From: an uncultured Candidatus Saccharibacteria bacterium
GTDB taxonomy: Bacteria > Patescibacteriota > Minisyncoccia > Phycocordibacterales > UBA9973
Assembly: GCA_964402895.1 (NCBI GenBank)
Contig: CAYODR010000002.1
Location: 41,666 to 105,665 of the forward strand
DNA: 64,000 nt
Direction of reading: 5' to 3'
Both the position numbers and the translations under genes were made by a program. The notes beneath the pieces were generated by a model, which saw only the letters and a program-made list of their open reading frames with translations, had not been told where the DNA came from and did not search any database. The stretch's first letter is position 1, and each line of letters opens with the position of its first letter. Below are positions 47,457 to 57,245 of this stretch, piece by piece.

Positions 47457-47627
47457 TTAACTTTTTTCTTCTTGAGCTTTTAAAAATTCTTCTTTGATGC
47501 GATTTAGATATTTTTTCATCACATTATAAGAAAAGGCTATTTCTTGTAAGAGTTCTACTTCTTCTGCTTCCGTAGCTTCTCCATATTGAACTTTTTCTAT
47601 AAGCTCATCCATTTTCGCTTGATCCAT
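47457..47627 (-). CDS. hypothetical small protein (56 aa)
   Basis: Manual translation MDQAKMDELIEKVQYGEATEAEEVELLQEIAFSYNVMKKYLNRIKEEFLKAQEEKS; 4 nt upstream of previous ORF. Confidence 0.3.
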   Translation of the reverse strand: MDQAKMDELIEKVQYGEATEAEEVELLQEIAFSYNVMKKYLNRIKEEFLKAQEEKS

Positions 47628-47686
47628 ACAATACGGATTATATCACATAATATAAAAACCTAAAGAAATCTTTAGGTTTTTATAAA

Positions 47687-49828
47687 CTACTTACGAGATT
47701 CTATGATTGTTGCTGCCACATTTTGTGGAACAATATCATAACGCAAGAATTCCATAGTGAAACCTGCGCGGCCTTCTGTCATAGAGCGAAGTGTCGTCAT
47801 GTATCCAAACATTTCTGACAATGGTACTACCGCATTTACCACTTGGTTCATACCGCGAGTTTCCATTCCTTCAATAAGTCCACGACGAGAAGAAAGTGAT
47901 CCAGTAACATCTCCCATGAATTTATCAGGAGTCACAACTTCAACCTTCATCATCGGCTCAAGGATTACAGGCTTAGCTGCTTGAGCTGCTTCTTGAAGCG
48001 CCATAGATGCTGCGATTTTGAAAGCCATTTCGTTTGAGTCCACATCATGGTAAGAACCATCGTAAAGATCAACTGAAACATTTTCCATTTTAAATCCTGC
48101 AACCACACCTCTATCAAGACCTTCTTTTAGACCTTTTTCAATAGCTGGAATAAATTCTCCTGGAATAACACCTCCTTTAATATTGTTAATAAATTCAAAT
48201 CCTTCAGTACGCTTAACATTCTTAGGAAGATTCTCAACATCAACATTCATATCCATAGGTTTGATTTTGATTCTTACATGACCGTAGTTACCCTTACCTC
48301 CAGATTGTTTGATGTACTTACCTTCTGCTTGAGATTCTGTAGTGATAGTTTCTCTATATGCAACTTGTGGCTTACCAACATTAGTTTCAACAGCGAACTC
48401 TCTTTTTAGACGCTCAACAATAACATCAAGGTGAAGCTCTCCCATACCCGCGATGATGGTTTCTTCTGTTTCAGGATCAGTAGATACTTGAAGTGTTGGG
48501 TCTTCACTTACAAGACGAGAAAGTGCAAGTCCCATTTTTTCTTGGTCTGACTTTGTTTTAGGCTCAATACGCAAGTTAATAACTGGTGCTGGGAATGTGA
48601 TTCTATCTAAAATAATAGGATCATTTTCATTACACAAAGTATCAGATGTATTTGTATCTTTTAATCCAACAGCAGCAGCAATTTCTCCAGCAAATACTTT
48701 TTTGATTTCTTCACGGTCATTTGCCTGCATACGCACGATACGACTGATTCTTTCTTTGTTACCAGTTCTTGGATTGTATACATAAGACCCCGCTTCTACT
48801 GTACCTGAATACACGCGGAAGAATACAAGCTGTCCCACAAATGGATCTACCATGGACTTGAAAGCAAGGGCTGCAAGCGGAGCATCGTCTTTTGTTGGCG
48901 CTGTGATTTCTTCATCTGTATCTGGGTGGTGACCAACAACATCCGGAATATCAGTTGGAGCTGGTAGATAATCTACAACAGCGTCAAGTACAAGCTGAAC
49001 ACCTTTATTTTTAAGAGCAGTACCACACATTACTGGGAATATCTCATTTGCAATCACAGCTTTGCGTAGAAGTTTTTTAAGATCTTCGAGTGCTGGCTCA
49101 TTACCTTCTAGATAAGCATTCATCATATCCTCGTCGTTTTCAACGATTTTTTCAATGAGTTCAGCACGAAGTGTTTGTGCTTCTGCTTTGAGATTTTCTG
49201 GGACATCTTTTCTTACGATTTCTGTGCCCATATTTCCTTCAAAATATACTGCTTGCATTGTAAGCAAATCAATCACGCCTTCAAAATTTTCTTCTGAACC
49301 AATTGGTAATTGTAATTTTACAGCTTTCTTTGAAAGACGCTCAAGAATAGTACCAAACGAACGCTCAAAAGATGCGCCTGTACGGTCTAGTTTATTAATA
49401 AAACAAATACGAGGAACATTGGCTTCATCAGCATAACGCCAGTTAGTTTCTGATTGAGGTTCAACACCCGCAACACCATCAAATACTACTACCGCACCAT
49501 CAAGTACACGAAGAGATCTCTTCACCTCTACAGTAAAATCAATGTGACCAGGAGTATCAATCACATTAAAACGATATTTATTTTTTGTATCACCATTTGC
49601 ATAAGTCGGGACCCAGTTACATGTCACAGCAGCTGCTGTAATAGTAATACCTCTTTCACGCTCTTGATCCATCCAGTCTGTCACAGCCTCACCTTCATGA
49701 GTCTCACCTAGCTTATGTGTCATACCTGTATAGAAAAGTACACGCTCTGAAGTCGTTGTCTTACCAGCATCAATGTGCGCAATGATACCGAAGTTTCTTG
49801 TTTTTTCTAGAGAAAATTCTCGTTCCAT
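47687..49828 (-). CDS. fusA: elongation factor G
   Basis: 713 aa; AHIDAGKTT, DTPGHIDF, NKLDR. Confidence 0.95.
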   Translation of the reverse strand: MEREFSLEKTRNFGIIAHIDAGKTTTSERVLFYTGMTHKLGETHEGEAVTDWMDQERERGITITAAAVTCNWVPTYANGDTKNKYRFNVIDTPGHIDFTVEVKRSLRVLDGAVVVFDGVAGVEPQSETNWRYADEANVPRICFINKLDRTGASFERSFGTILERLSKKAVKLQLPIGSEENFEGVIDLLTMQAVYFEGNMGTEIVRKDVPENLKAEAQTLRAELIEKIVENDEDMMNAYLEGNEPALEDLKKLLRKAVIANEIFPVMCGTALKNKGVQLVLDAVVDYLPAPTDIPDVVGHHPDTDEEITAPTKDDAPLAALAFKSMVDPFVGQLVFFRVYSGTVEAGSYVYNPRTGNKERISRIVRMQANDREEIKKVFAGEIAAAVGLKDTNTSDTLCNENDPIILDRITFPAPVINLRIEPKTKSDQEKMGLALSRLVSEDPTLQVSTDPETEETIIAGMGELHLDVIVERLKREFAVETNVGKPQVAYRETITTESQAEGKYIKQSGGKGNYGHVRIKIKPMDMNVDVENLPKNVKRTEGFEFINNIKGGVIPGEFIPAIEKGLKEGLDRGVVAGFKMENVSVDLYDGSYHDVDSNEMAFKIAASMALQEAAQAAKPVILEPMMKVEVVTPDKFMGDVTGSLSSRRGLIEGMETRGMNQVVNAVVPLSEMFGYMTTLRSMTEGRAGFTMEFLRYDIVPQNVAATIIESRK

Positions 49829-50017
49829 AATATTTTGTATTTGTTTTGTTTATTAACCTTTAATAAGTGAGAATACTATACAAAGATATTACTTTTTTAG
49901 CAATAGCAAAACACGCTTTACCACAAAAAATAAAAAAGAGTATACAGGGCCTTGCGGCCCATGTATACTCTATGAAGTGATTATCCCTATCTCAATATTA
50001 TCAATTCTAAAAGAGAA

Positions 50018-50040
50018 AAACACCCTTTTCAGGGTGTTTT
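50018..50040 (-). terminator. terminator downstream of rnpB
   Basis: aaaaacaccctgaaaagggtgttttt. Confidence 0.6.
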
Positions 50041-50045
50041 TCATG

Positions 50046-50363
50046 TGTTGTACTAGTAAGCCGAATTCTGTTTAAATGATTATTTATCTAGGATGTAAAT
50101 TACTCTACACCTCAAGCGACACTCCAGAATAAATCTGGCACGGCCTTGCACACAAGTAAGGATTTAGCCGTTTCAATTTTATAGTTACCTATAAAGCTTA
50201 TCCCAAATGGGATACCTCTACCTTTCGGTTTTGGCGTCTCTGTTCGCACCTCGCACCTTGCGATGGATGGGTATTACCCACTACTCTGCTCCTTGATAAA
50301 TCAAGGGTGTGTTCGGACTTTCCTCACATAACCTAAAGCTATGCGCAATCAAACAGTACAACC
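50046..50363 (-). ncRNA. rnpB: RNase P RNA (bacterial type A-like, reduced)
   Basis: On minus strand: P4 strands GAGGAAAGTCCGAACAC (50325..50309) and ACAGAATTCGGCTTAC (50072..50057); GGTGCGAGGTGCGAAC P10/11-like block; P1 pairing TTGTACT/AGTACAA at ends; GC content well above flanks. Confidence 0.8.
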
Positions 50364-50399
50364 ATTATTACTTTACTTGAAATGAGTTAAAAGTAAAGA

Positions 50400-50672
50400 T
50401 TAAGCTCTTTTATCTGCTTCCATATAAACCATTTTTCTATGAGCAATCACAAGTACATATACAATATTTTTTTGTATTTTAAATACAATCCTATAATCCC
50501 CAACACGAAGCTTTCTGTATCCTACCAAACTATGATGAAGCGGTAATCCAAAAATCTCTGGTCTAGTCATGAGTTTATTCTCAATAGCCAAACGAATTCT
50601 TTGTTTGTCTTTAGTATTTATACTAGACAAATCCTGTTCAAGAACTTTGGTATGATATAAAACCTCATACAT
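50400..50672 (-). CDS. type II toxin, RelE/ParE family
   Basis: 90 aa; ...LVGYRKLRVGDYRIVFKIQKNIVYVLVIAHRK conserved core. Confidence 0.7.
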   Translation of the reverse strand: MYEVLYHTKVLEQDLSSINTKDKQRIRLAIENKLMTRPEIFGLPLHHSLVGYRKLRVGDYRIVFKIQKNIVYVLVIAHRKMVYMEADKRA

Positions 50673-50673
50673 A

Positions 50674-50895
50674 TTATCCCCAAACTTGTTTATGAGTTAT
50701 AAACTTTTCTTTTTTAGAATCTCTAGTCTTTGCCATAGACTCAAGTACAAAATCTTCTTCAATAGAAAGTGCAAACGCTAAAAGCTCAGCTGCTTTTGTT
50801 GCTTCTGGTACATTATCTCTCTTTGCGCTCATCTCAAGTGCTTTTTCTAATTTTGGTTCAAGTGTGATATTTACTCTTTTCTTTAGTGTAGCCAT
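50674..50895 (-). CDS. type II antitoxin (RHH/ParD-like)
   Basis: 73 aa; 2 nt upstream of toxin; KRVNITLEPKLEKALE RHH-like N-terminus. Confidence 0.55.
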   Translation of the reverse strand: MATLKKRVNITLEPKLEKALEMSAKRDNVPEATKAAELLAFALSIEEDFVLESMAKTRDSKKEKFITHKQVWG

Positions 50896-50992
50896 ATTTT
50901 AAGTGTATCAAAAGTGTATCACTTGTGTCAAATAAATACTTAAATACTTTATATAACAACAAAACCCCCTTTCGGGGGTTTTATCGTTGAGA

Positions 50993-51466
50993 TTAAAAGT
51001 TTCCAAGGTGAGCAAAAGCTTTGTTTGATTCTGCCATCTTGTGAGTGTCTTTCTTTTTCTTTACAGCATTTCCTTCTCCTTTTGAAGCAAGAGAAAGTTC
51101 TTCTGCTAGAGCAATGTGAGTTTTAACTCCTTTTCTTGAACGAGACGCATCAATAATCCATCTCATAGCAAGTGCAGTTCTTCTCTCAGTACGAACTTCA
51201 CGAGGGACTTGATAGTTTGCACCACCAACTCGACGAGAACGAACTTCTACAAGTGGTCCCGCATTTTTCATTGCTGATTCAAAGACCTCTAATGCATTTT
51301 CAACACCTTCTTGTTCTTTAATGATATCAAGAGCACCATAAACTATAGATCTTGCAGTGTTCTTCTTACCATCAAGCATGATGTAGTTGATAAACTTTTC
51401 TAGTTTGTCTGATCCGTATTTGATATCAGGTTTTACGATATTACGATTTGTTACTTTTCTACGCAT
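50993..51466 (-). CDS. rpsG: 30S ribosomal protein S7
   Basis: 157 aa; str operon order after rpsL. Confidence 0.9.
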   Translation of the reverse strand: MRRKVTNRNIVKPDIKYGSDKLEKFINYIMLDGKKNTARSIVYGALDIIKEQEGVENALEVFESAMKNAGPLVEVRSRRVGGANYQVPREVRTERRTALAMRWIIDASRSRKGVKTHIALAEELSLASKGEGNAVKKKKDTHKMAESNKAFAHLGNF

Positions 51467-51474
51467 GTTGATTA

Positions 51475-51894
51475 TTATTTAGCTGCTTTCGGACGCTTTG
51501 TACCGTAAAGTGAACGACTCTTGCGACGCTTCTCGATACCTTGAGTATCAAGTACACCACGCACAATGTGATACCTTACTCCAATCAAGTCTTTCACACG
51601 ACCACCACGAATCATTACCACTGAGTGTTCTTGTAGGTTGTGACCCATACCTGGAATATAAGCTGTAACTTCTTGACCATTTGTAAGTCTTACACGAGCG
51701 ATTTTACGAACCGCTGAGTTAGGTTTCTTAGGAGTAGTAGTTGTAACCTTTGTACAAACACCACGCTTAAAAGGAGATGAATAAAATACCGGTTTGTTTT
51801 TAATGTGGTTCATACCACGAGAAAGAGCGATCGCCTTTGACTTGCGAACTACATTTGTTCTTGGTTTCTTTATAAGTTGACTAATTCTTGCCAT
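51475..51894 (-). CDS. rpsL: 30S ribosomal protein S12
   Basis: 139 aa; [45 protein letters not shown]. Confidence 0.95.
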   Translation of the reverse strand: MARISQLIKKPRTNVVRKSKAIALSRGMNHIKNKPVFYSSPFKRGVCTKVTTTTPKKPNSAVRKIARVRLTNGQEVTAYIPGMGHNLQEHSVVMIRGGRVKDLIGVRYHIVRGVLDTQGIEKRRKSRSLYGTKRPKAAK

Positions 51895-52032
51895 GTCCCG
51901 CTATGCTACTATATTTAAAAAAATAAATCAAGTACCCTTTATAAAATAAACTCCGTTTAAGACTGAGTGAGAGCATTATTTAACTCTTTTAAGATATTTT
52001 CTTTATCCATATTGAACTAATTAAAATTGCAT

Positions 52033-52656
52033 TTATATATTGATGCCGGAAAGAAGTGAAAAGGCACCAAAAGCAATTGGAGCAACATATTTCCACCCAA
52101 AAATAATAAAGGCAATCAATAATGGAATAGAAAATTGCTCAATCTGTCTCATAAATGGCCTCGTTGAATATGGCAAAACTGCCGATAAAAATCTAAAGCC
52201 ATCAAGCGGAGCAAGAGGGATACTATTAAATAGTGCTAAAACTATATTAAGCAAAATAACAATACTAGCAATATCTATAATAGGTGCATATACATACCCA
52301 AAATAAATCATAGCTCTAATCAAAATCCCGAAAAAAATAGCAATGCAAAGATTTACTACAATACCGGCAATTGCAACTTTTGCCTCACTCCATCTGCCAT
52401 TTTTAAGATTCCTTGGATCATAAGGTACTGGTTTTGCCCAACCAACAACAATTCCTGAGCTTGAGATTATAAGTATTGCTGGCAATATAATAGAACCAAA
52501 AATGTCTATATGTTTGATAGGATTAAGCGTAATCCTACCCAACATGCGGGCGGTAGGGTCTCCTTCTCTTTCTGCCATCATCCCATGTGCAACTTCGTGC
52601 ACAATAATACTGGCGATTAAAATTAAAAAATAGAAAATAGAAATTGACCCCTCCAT
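52033..52656 (-). CDS. site-2 protease family (M50) zinc metalloprotease
   Basis: 207 aa polytopic membrane protein with HEVAHG zinc motif. Confidence 0.7.
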   Translation of the reverse strand: MEGSISIFYFLILIASIIVHEVAHGMMAEREGDPTARMLGRITLNPIKHIDIFGSIILPAILIISSSGIVVGWAKPVPYDPRNLKNGRWSEAKVAIAGIVVNLCIAIFFGILIRAMIYFGYVYAPIIDIASIVILLNIVLALFNSIPLAPLDGFRFLSAVLPYSTRPFMRQIEQFSIPLLIAFIIFGWKYVAPIAFGAFSLLSGINI

Positions 52657-52738
52657 AAGATATTTAGAATATTATCATGATATGATTATATAAGCCAAAC
52701 TTGCAAATAATATTTTCACATGCTAATATCCGTCTACT

Positions 52739-52984
52739 ATGGCTAAAGAATGTGCTATCACAAAAAAATCATCTCTTGTCGGAGGAAAGTATGCGAACCG
52801 CACTCGTGCGACTATCTTTACCCCTACTGGCAATCACCGCAAGTACGCAAACCTTCAAAAAAAGCGTATCTATGTTCCAGAAATTGATAAAACCCTAACT
52901 CTAACAGTTTCAACAAAAGGACTTCGTACAATTCAAAAGAATGGTGCATACAATACTCTAAGAGAAGCAGGAATCATTAAATAA
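52739..52984 (+). CDS. rpmB: 50S ribosomal protein L28
   Basis: 81 aa; MAKECAITKKSSLVGGKYANRTRA...; terminator hairpin 52988..53016. Confidence 0.8.
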   Translation: MAKECAITKKSSLVGGKYANRTRATIFTPTGNHRKYANLQKKRIYVPEIDKTLTLTVSTKGLRTIQKNGAYNTLREAGIIK

Positions 52985-53113
52985 TAAAATCCCCTTACTG
53001 AATAAGGGGATTTTATTATTTTAAATCAACACTATATTGACTTTATAGTGATTTTATGATATAATATATAATGTAGTAAACAAATTGTTCAACCTTTTAA
53101 AATAAATAAAAAT

Positions 53114-53323
53114 ATGGAAAGATATTCTTTATTACTTGTCTTGATACAAGTAATAGTATTTTTTTGGTTATTTGGATTGGGTCTAGCTTTTTTAACAAAA
53201 AGCCAAAAGAGCTACATAGCAAATAGCCAAAAACAGGTAGCTCTATTATTTCAATATCAATGGAAGTTGATATTGGGAATAGGTATAGGATATTTACTAT
53301 CCTGCGCTACTATAAATTTTTAA
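53114..53323 (+). CDS. hypothetical small membrane protein
   Basis: 69 aa, 2 TM. Confidence 0.3.
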   Translation: MERYSLLLVLIQVIVFFWLFGLGLAFLTKSQKSYIANSQKQVALLFQYQWKLILGIGIGYLLSCATINF

Positions 53324-53620
53324 TATCTATACTCATAGATTTTTACACCTTCGTGAGAAGGTGTATTTCTTTACATAAAAATAAATATGTGTTATTTTAA
53401 ATAAAAATAAATAATATGAGAAAAATGGATACACTCGGAATCTTGGGGATTGGATTAGTCACGCTCGGCATTACCCTGATAGCGATCAGGGGGAATAAAA
53501 AAAGAAAGTTTAAAAAATCTTGTAAGTTCTCTGGAGAATATACCGGAGAACAAACAAACGAACTCGGCGCTGCTTAAAGCATTAATCTCCTACAAACAAA
53601 AAGACGGACAGGGTCCGTTT

Positions 53621-54481
53621 TTAATTTTGCCATTTTTTACCATCAGTTCTTAAATGAATTCTTCCATTTTGGGTATTTAAAATATCTATTTTATTTTTTA
53701 TCAATCTCTCAACAACTTCTGGATGTGGGTGTCCATAAGTATTTGAGATACCCGATGAAACAATCCCTATCACTGGTTTAACTTTTGAAAGAAAGATGTC
53801 TCCAGTAGAAGTTTTTGATCCGTGATGCCCAAGCTTTAAAATATCAGACTCTAACTTTTGAGATAAATTACTTTTAACTAAAAAGTTTTCTATTGATAAA
53901 GTACTATCTCCAGCAAGTAGCATACTCCTAGCATCAACAGTAAACTTGCCTATGACAGATGACTGATTGGTCTTCCAGCCAGCAGTATTTCTATCTGGAA
54001 AAAATATTTCAAAATTAGTTTGAGCAAAATCATCATCTTGAAAAATCAAATTCATTCCCCGCCGAACATAAAAACTAGGAATTTTCTTCTTTTCTAGAAT
54101 ACTAAATATTTCTAAAATATTTTTGTTTTCACTTAGTGCTTCTGTAGTTAAAAACAATCCCACATCATATCTAGAAAGTATATGATGAAGTCCGCCAATA
54201 TGATCGGCATCAAAATGCGTGGCAATAATCACATCTATTCTCCTATCTCCAATAGGTAAAACTCTAGAAAGCTCATTCAAAACCTTACTATCTCGTCCTG
54301 TATCTACCAACAACCTTCTACCGTTTTGTGTTTCAAGTAAAATAGAATCTGCTTGCCCAACATTTAAAACATAAACTTCTGAAAAAATATCTTTTTTATT
54401 AACCCTAAAAATTAAAATAAAAATTCCACAAAAAAATATTAGGATACAAAAAATCAAAATTGTGCTTATTTTTCTTTCCAT
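53621..54481 (-). CDS. MBL-fold metallo-hydrolase (ComEC C-terminal-like beta-lactamase domain)
   Basis: N-terminal TM; LNVGQADSILLETQNGRRLLVDTG, HFDADHIGGL, LGHHGSKTS. Confidence 0.75.
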   Translation of the reverse strand: MERKISTILIFCILIFFCGIFILIFRVNKKDIFSEVYVLNVGQADSILLETQNGRRLLVDTGRDSKVLNELSRVLPIGDRRIDVIIATHFDADHIGGLHHILSRYDVGLFLTTEALSENKNILEIFSILEKKKIPSFYVRRGMNLIFQDDDFAQTNFEIFFPDRNTAGWKTNQSSVIGKFTVDARSMLLAGDSTLSIENFLVKSNLSQKLESDILKLGHHGSKTSTGDIFLSKVKPVIGIVSSGISNTYGHPHPEVVERLIKNKIDILNTQNGRIHLRTDGKKWQN

Positions 54482-54526
54482 GTAGTATACTTAAGTATAA
54501 CTCCTTTATTAGTAAGTTAAAATATT

Positions 54527-55108
54527 ATGTATACAGAAAAAACTTTTAATACTCCAAGTCTTGTGGGTATCTCAGAAAAAAATATAGAAGAACACAAAAA
54601 GCTATATAGTGGATATGTAAAAAATGCAAATCTAGTGCTTGAAAAAATTTCATTATATAAGGGTGACGAAACTAAAGTTTATGAACTAGCAGAACTATAT
54701 AGACAATTTTCTTTTGAATTCAATGGCATGCGTAATCACGAAGCATACTTTGAGCTACTATCTGGAGCAAAAGATTTAAGTTCAGAAAGTATACTATCTA
54801 TTGCTATCAATAAAAAATTTGGTAATTTAGAAAATTTCAAAACAGCTTTGGCAGAACTTGCGCTTACACGCGGTATTGGCTGGGCAATGCTTTCAGTTGA
54901 TCTTGAGACAAGAGACTTAATAATGCATTGGATAGATGAACAACACCTCGGACAACTACAAAACACATCACCGGTAATAGCATTAGACATGTGGGAACAC
55001 TCCTATGTTGCCGACTATCAACCCTCTGGTAAAAAACAATACATTCTAGATTTTATTGAAAATATCAATTGGGAGGTCGCTGAAAAAAGATTTGAGAATT
55101 ACAAATAA
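54527..55108 (+). CDS. Fe/Mn superoxide dismutase family protein (possibly degenerate N-terminal metal site)
   Basis: 193 aa; C-terminal DMWEHSYVADY signature; N-terminal HH..H partly replaced. Confidence 0.55.
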   Translation: MYTEKTFNTPSLVGISEKNIEEHKKLYSGYVKNANLVLEKISLYKGDETKVYELAELYRQFSFEFNGMRNHEAYFELLSGAKDLSSESILSIAINKKFGNLENFKTALAELALTRGIGWAMLSVDLETRDLIMHWIDEQHLGQLQNTSPVIALDMWEHSYVADYQPSGKKQYILDFIENINWEVAEKRFENYK

Positions 55109-56507
55109 AATTCCATAAATCTTTTCTAAACAAAAACAAATTTAATAAAATATAAATACCTATTACACCCCACCCAGAAAATGGTGGGGTGTAATATATT
55201 GGCATCAGAGATAATACTTCAAGTATATAAAAAACAAAGTCTAATAAATAAGAGAGTGCATTCCCCAATATTGTAGACAAAATACTAAATGGTGAAAAAA
55301 CTAAAATACCAACCCCAAAAATCATTAAAATAGGTATGACTAGAGACAATAAAATATTGGCCAAGAAAAATGAAAGTGAAAAGTTACCAGAAAAAAATAA
55401 AATATAAGGCAACATATAAAATGAAGCTATTAACGAAACAGATATTGCTCCCCTTATATCAAAATATTTATTTTCTGGAATAAATTGAAAATACTTTTCA
55501 AACTTAGGCACTATTAAAATCATGCAGAGTGTCGCTAAAAATGACAAATGTAAACCCGGATCAACAAAGACACTCATGGGTGACCAAAAAAATAATATTA
55601 AATAAGCCAAAGTTAAAGCTCTAGCTGGATTATATTTTTCAATAAAAAACTTTGAGGATAGCGCAATTATCCCCATGATTCCAGCGCGCATAGCCGCAAT
55701 ACCTGCACCACTAATAAATACTAATAGAATTATAGAAATTGAAGTGAAAGATATCTGGAAAATTCTAGGAAATCTAGAAAATAAAAATACACAAAATCCA
55801 GCTAATAGCATAATATTGTACCCAGATAAAACTAAGACATGTATAGTCCCCGTCTTGAAAAAAACATCTTCTACTTCACTAGATAGTCCACCACGATAAC
55901 CAAGTATCATTCCAGAAATAATTCCATCATAAGGATAATGGACATACTTTGAAATCCTCTTCGCCAAATCAAAACGAATAATATCTGAAAATCTACGCAA
56001 ACTAAGCTCACCGTCCACAATATTTTTTATATCTGGATCATACATCACCCCAGAAATCCCCTTAGACTGCAAATACTTTTCATATGGAAATATTCTATTT
56101 GTTTCAGTCAAAAAATCCTCTACTGGTAAAGTATTTCCTGATATATAAATAACATCTCCTGAAAGAAAACCACTATTTTTAGTATGAATACGAATCTTTT
56201 CTTGATACTGATTGTCTAAAACTGTTAGATTTGTTCCTTCTATTTTTTTATCAACTGAGACAATCTTTGCTTGAAAATCTCTTTTACCAAAAAAGCTTAA
56301 ATCTACATCTCTTTGTTTGATTGAAAAATAAAATGCCCCAACAAAACAAAGTAAACCTAAAATTATTCCAAATATTAAAAATCTTTTATTAAACAAAGTA
56401 GGAAATAAAAGCAAAAAGCTAACCAACAAAACATCAGTTAATTTAAAATACTCTGTATATAAAAGTCCTGCGCCGACTGTAAGTAATAAACTTCCAATCG
56501 CTATCAT
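55065..56507 (-). CDS. comEC: ComEC/Rec2 family competence membrane protein (membrane channel domain only)
   Basis: 480 aa polytopic; competence-domain motif GYRGGLSSEVEDVFFKTGTIHVLVLSGYNI. Confidence 0.7.
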   Translation of the reverse strand: MIAIGSLLLTVGAGLLYTEYFKLTDVLLVSFLLLFPTLFNKRFLIFGIILGLLCFVGAFYFSIKQRDVDLSFFGKRDFQAKIVSVDKKIEGTNLTVLDNQYQEKIRIHTKNSGFLSGDVIYISGNTLPVEDFLTETNRIFPYEKYLQSKGISGVMYDPDIKNIVDGELSLRRFSDIIRFDLAKRISKYVHYPYDGIISGMILGYRGGLSSEVEDVFFKTGTIHVLVLSGYNIMLLAGFCVFLFSRFPRIFQISFTSISIILLVFISGAGIAAMRAGIMGIIALSSKFFIEKYNPARALTLAYLILFFWSPMSVFVDPGLHLSFLATLCMILIVPKFEKYFQFIPENKYFDIRGAISVSLIASFYMLPYILFFSGNFSLSFFLANILLSLVIPILMIFGVGILVFSPFSILSTILGNALSYLLDFVFYILEVLSLMPIYYTPPFSGWGVIGIYILLNLFLFRKDLWNFICNSQIFFQRPPN

Positions 56508-56515
56508 TTAAAAAA

Positions 56516-57238
56516 TTAAAATAAACTATCTAATGTAAAATCTTGAATCACCTGAGTCTCCTCTTCTTTTGAAAAGACTTTTTTATATTTAGCCCCACTT
56601 CTACCTTTAACTCTTTTCTCACAAGCTTCCCAAGTCTTATCACTATGAGCAACACCATCTATAAAAGATACATAGGCATAAGCTTTTTTATTACTTGAGG
56701 AAGATTTCTTTGGAGTAGAAGTCTTCACTTCTAATACAGCTAGGGTCTCTTCATATGCATTATACTTTCCATCATATAAAACCAAGTCTTTACCAAGCGC
56801 AGCGTTTACTGCAAGCTCATCACATCTTTCATTGTATATATGCCCACTATGCCCCGCTACTTTTACAAATTCAAGCCTGTCTTTAAAAAATATTTTAAGC
56901 TTTATCAATTCTTGCCAATAAGATTTATTTTCAACTGGTTTTTTGGTGGAGGTTATCCAATTGTTTTTTTGCCATCCATAAATCCAAGATGTGATGCCAT
57001 TTATCACATAAGCAGAATCACTATGAACAATTATATTGTATTTAGGAAAATGCTCCCGTGCGTACTCTAGTGCTCTCTGCACAGCCAGTAGCTCCATTTG
57101 ATTGTTCGTAGCATTCTTTGATGCTCCTGCAAGCTCTACAACCCTCTTATCTGACATAAGGATACATCCCCATCCTGCCTTTCCAGGATTTCCACGAGAT
57201 GCACCATCAGTATAGATTAATAAATCATTTTTATTCAT
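56516..57238 (-). CDS. rnhA: ribonuclease HI with C-terminal extension
   Basis: YTDGASRGNPGKAGWG, HSDSAYVI, GHSGHIYNERCDELA catalytic residues. Confidence 0.8.
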   Translation of the reverse strand: MNKNDLLIYTDGASRGNPGKAGWGCILMSDKRVVELAGASKNATNNQMELLAVQRALEYAREHFPKYNIIVHSDSAYVINGITSWIYGWQKNNWITSTKKPVENKSYWQELIKLKIFFKDRLEFVKVAGHSGHIYNERCDELAVNAALGKDLVLYDGKYNAYEETLAVLEVKTSTPKKSSSSNKKAYAYVSFIDGVAHSDKTWEACEKRVKGRSGAKYKKVFSKEEETQVIQDFTLDSLF

Positions 57239-57245
57239 GCCGATA

